Source: an uncultured Oscillospiraceae bacterium
GTDB lineage: Bacteria; Bacillota; Clostridia; Oscillospirales; Ruminococcaceae
Assembly (NCBI GenBank): GCA_910588145.1
Contig: CAJUPO010000002.1
Location: forward strand, 32,871-96,870
Length of the DNA stretch: 64,000 bases
Direction: 5' to 3'
Every line of letters starts with the position of its first letter. Position 1 is the first letter of the stretch. Below are positions 63,349 through 64,000 of this stretch, one piece after another. The notes under the pieces are model-generated. The model worked only from the letters and a program-made list of their open reading frames with translations, was not told the DNA's origin and searched no databases. Both the position numbers and the translations under genes were made by a program.

Positions 63349-64000
63349 ATGGATATCAGAATTGAGTTAACCGATACACCAAAGGCAAAGCCTTCGGATG
63401 AATCCAATCTTGGATTTGGTCATGTTTTTACAGACCATATGTTTATAATGGATTATGAAACAGGCAAGGGATGGCATAATGCAAGAATAATTCCTTATCA
63501 GGATCTCGTTCTTTCACCGGCTTCAATGTGTCTGCACTACGGGCAGGAAATTTTTGAGGGTCTTAAGGCTTACAGAACCGCTGAGGGAAAGGTTCAGTTA
63601 TTCCGTCCTGAAGAAAACTTCAAGCGTATGAATGTTTCTAACGAGAGAATGGTAATTCCTCAGATCAATGAACAGGACGCTCTTGAGGGTCTGATGAAGC
63701 TGCTGAGCATAGAAAAGGACTGGGTTCCTCATACAGAGGGAACATCCCTTTACATAAGACCGTTTATTATAGCGGTTGATCCGTATCTTGGCGTTAAGCC
63801 GGCGGATAGATATATGTTTATTATAATTCTTTCTCCGTCAGGTCTTTATTATTCTACGGGGCTGAATCCAGTTAAAATATATGTTGAAAGCAGATATGTC
63901 AGAGCCGTAAGAGGCGGAACAGGTTTTGCAAAAACAGCGGCTAATTACGCTATTTCTCTTGCCGGACAGGACGAGGCTCATAAACAGGATTACGAACAGG
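63349..64000 (+). CDS. ilvE: Branched-chain amino acid aminotransferase; runs off the window end
   Basis: LGFGHVFTDHM, LHYGQEIFEGLKAY, LYIRPF, GGTGFAKTAANY. Confidence 0.95.
   Translation, partial: MDIRIELTDTPKAKPSDESNLGFGHVFTDHMFIMDYETGKGWHNARIIPYQDLVLSPASMCLHYGQEIFEGLKAYRTAEGKVQLFRPEENFKRMNVSNERMVIPQINEQDALEGLMKLLSIEKDWVPHTEGTSLYIRPFIIAVDPYLGVKPADRYMFIIILSPSGLYYSTGLNPVKIYVESRYVRAVRGGTGFAKTAANYAISLAGQDEAHKQDYEQ

Overview
This is core chromosome of a spore-forming, cellulosome-producing Firmicute, most consistent with Ruminococcus/Oscillospiraceae (GH74-dockerin enzyme, spo0A, spoIVB, yabPQ). It holds five tRNAs (Met partial, Glu, Leu, Pro, Arg) and SRP RNA. Protein-coding content: yabP-yabQ-divIC-S1; an AT-rich GntR(YtrA)-ABC islet whose ATPase is broken by an apparent deletion/frameshift; deoD; a P-type ATPase; serC-serA; an orphan mazF/ndoA; a VanY-type peptidase; GH74-dockerin; ilvBNC-ilvD-leuCDB-DUF815; T-box-ilvA-ridA; ung-metF-split methionine synthase; rnhA; the rimP-nusA-infB-rbfA-truB-ribF-gltX operon; a GldA/GldF/GldG/DUF4340-type ABC operon; aspartokinase; ylxM-ffh-rpsP-khpA-rimM-trmD; HPr; divergent spoIVB/spo0A; ffs-dnaX-ebfC-recR; and ilvE (partial). 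I saw no CRISPR array, transposase, integrase or prophage gene. The most interesting signals are small and mostly missed by the ORF track: a ~210-nt chain of seven hairpins after serA; a structured ilvB leader with a 24-aa uORF carrying an arrest-like RAMP motif; probable ATT start codons in both dnaX and rnhA; a terminator-less (probably translational) T-box on ilvA; and a Cys-rich insertion in IlvB. All calls are by eye; no searches or folding programs were run.
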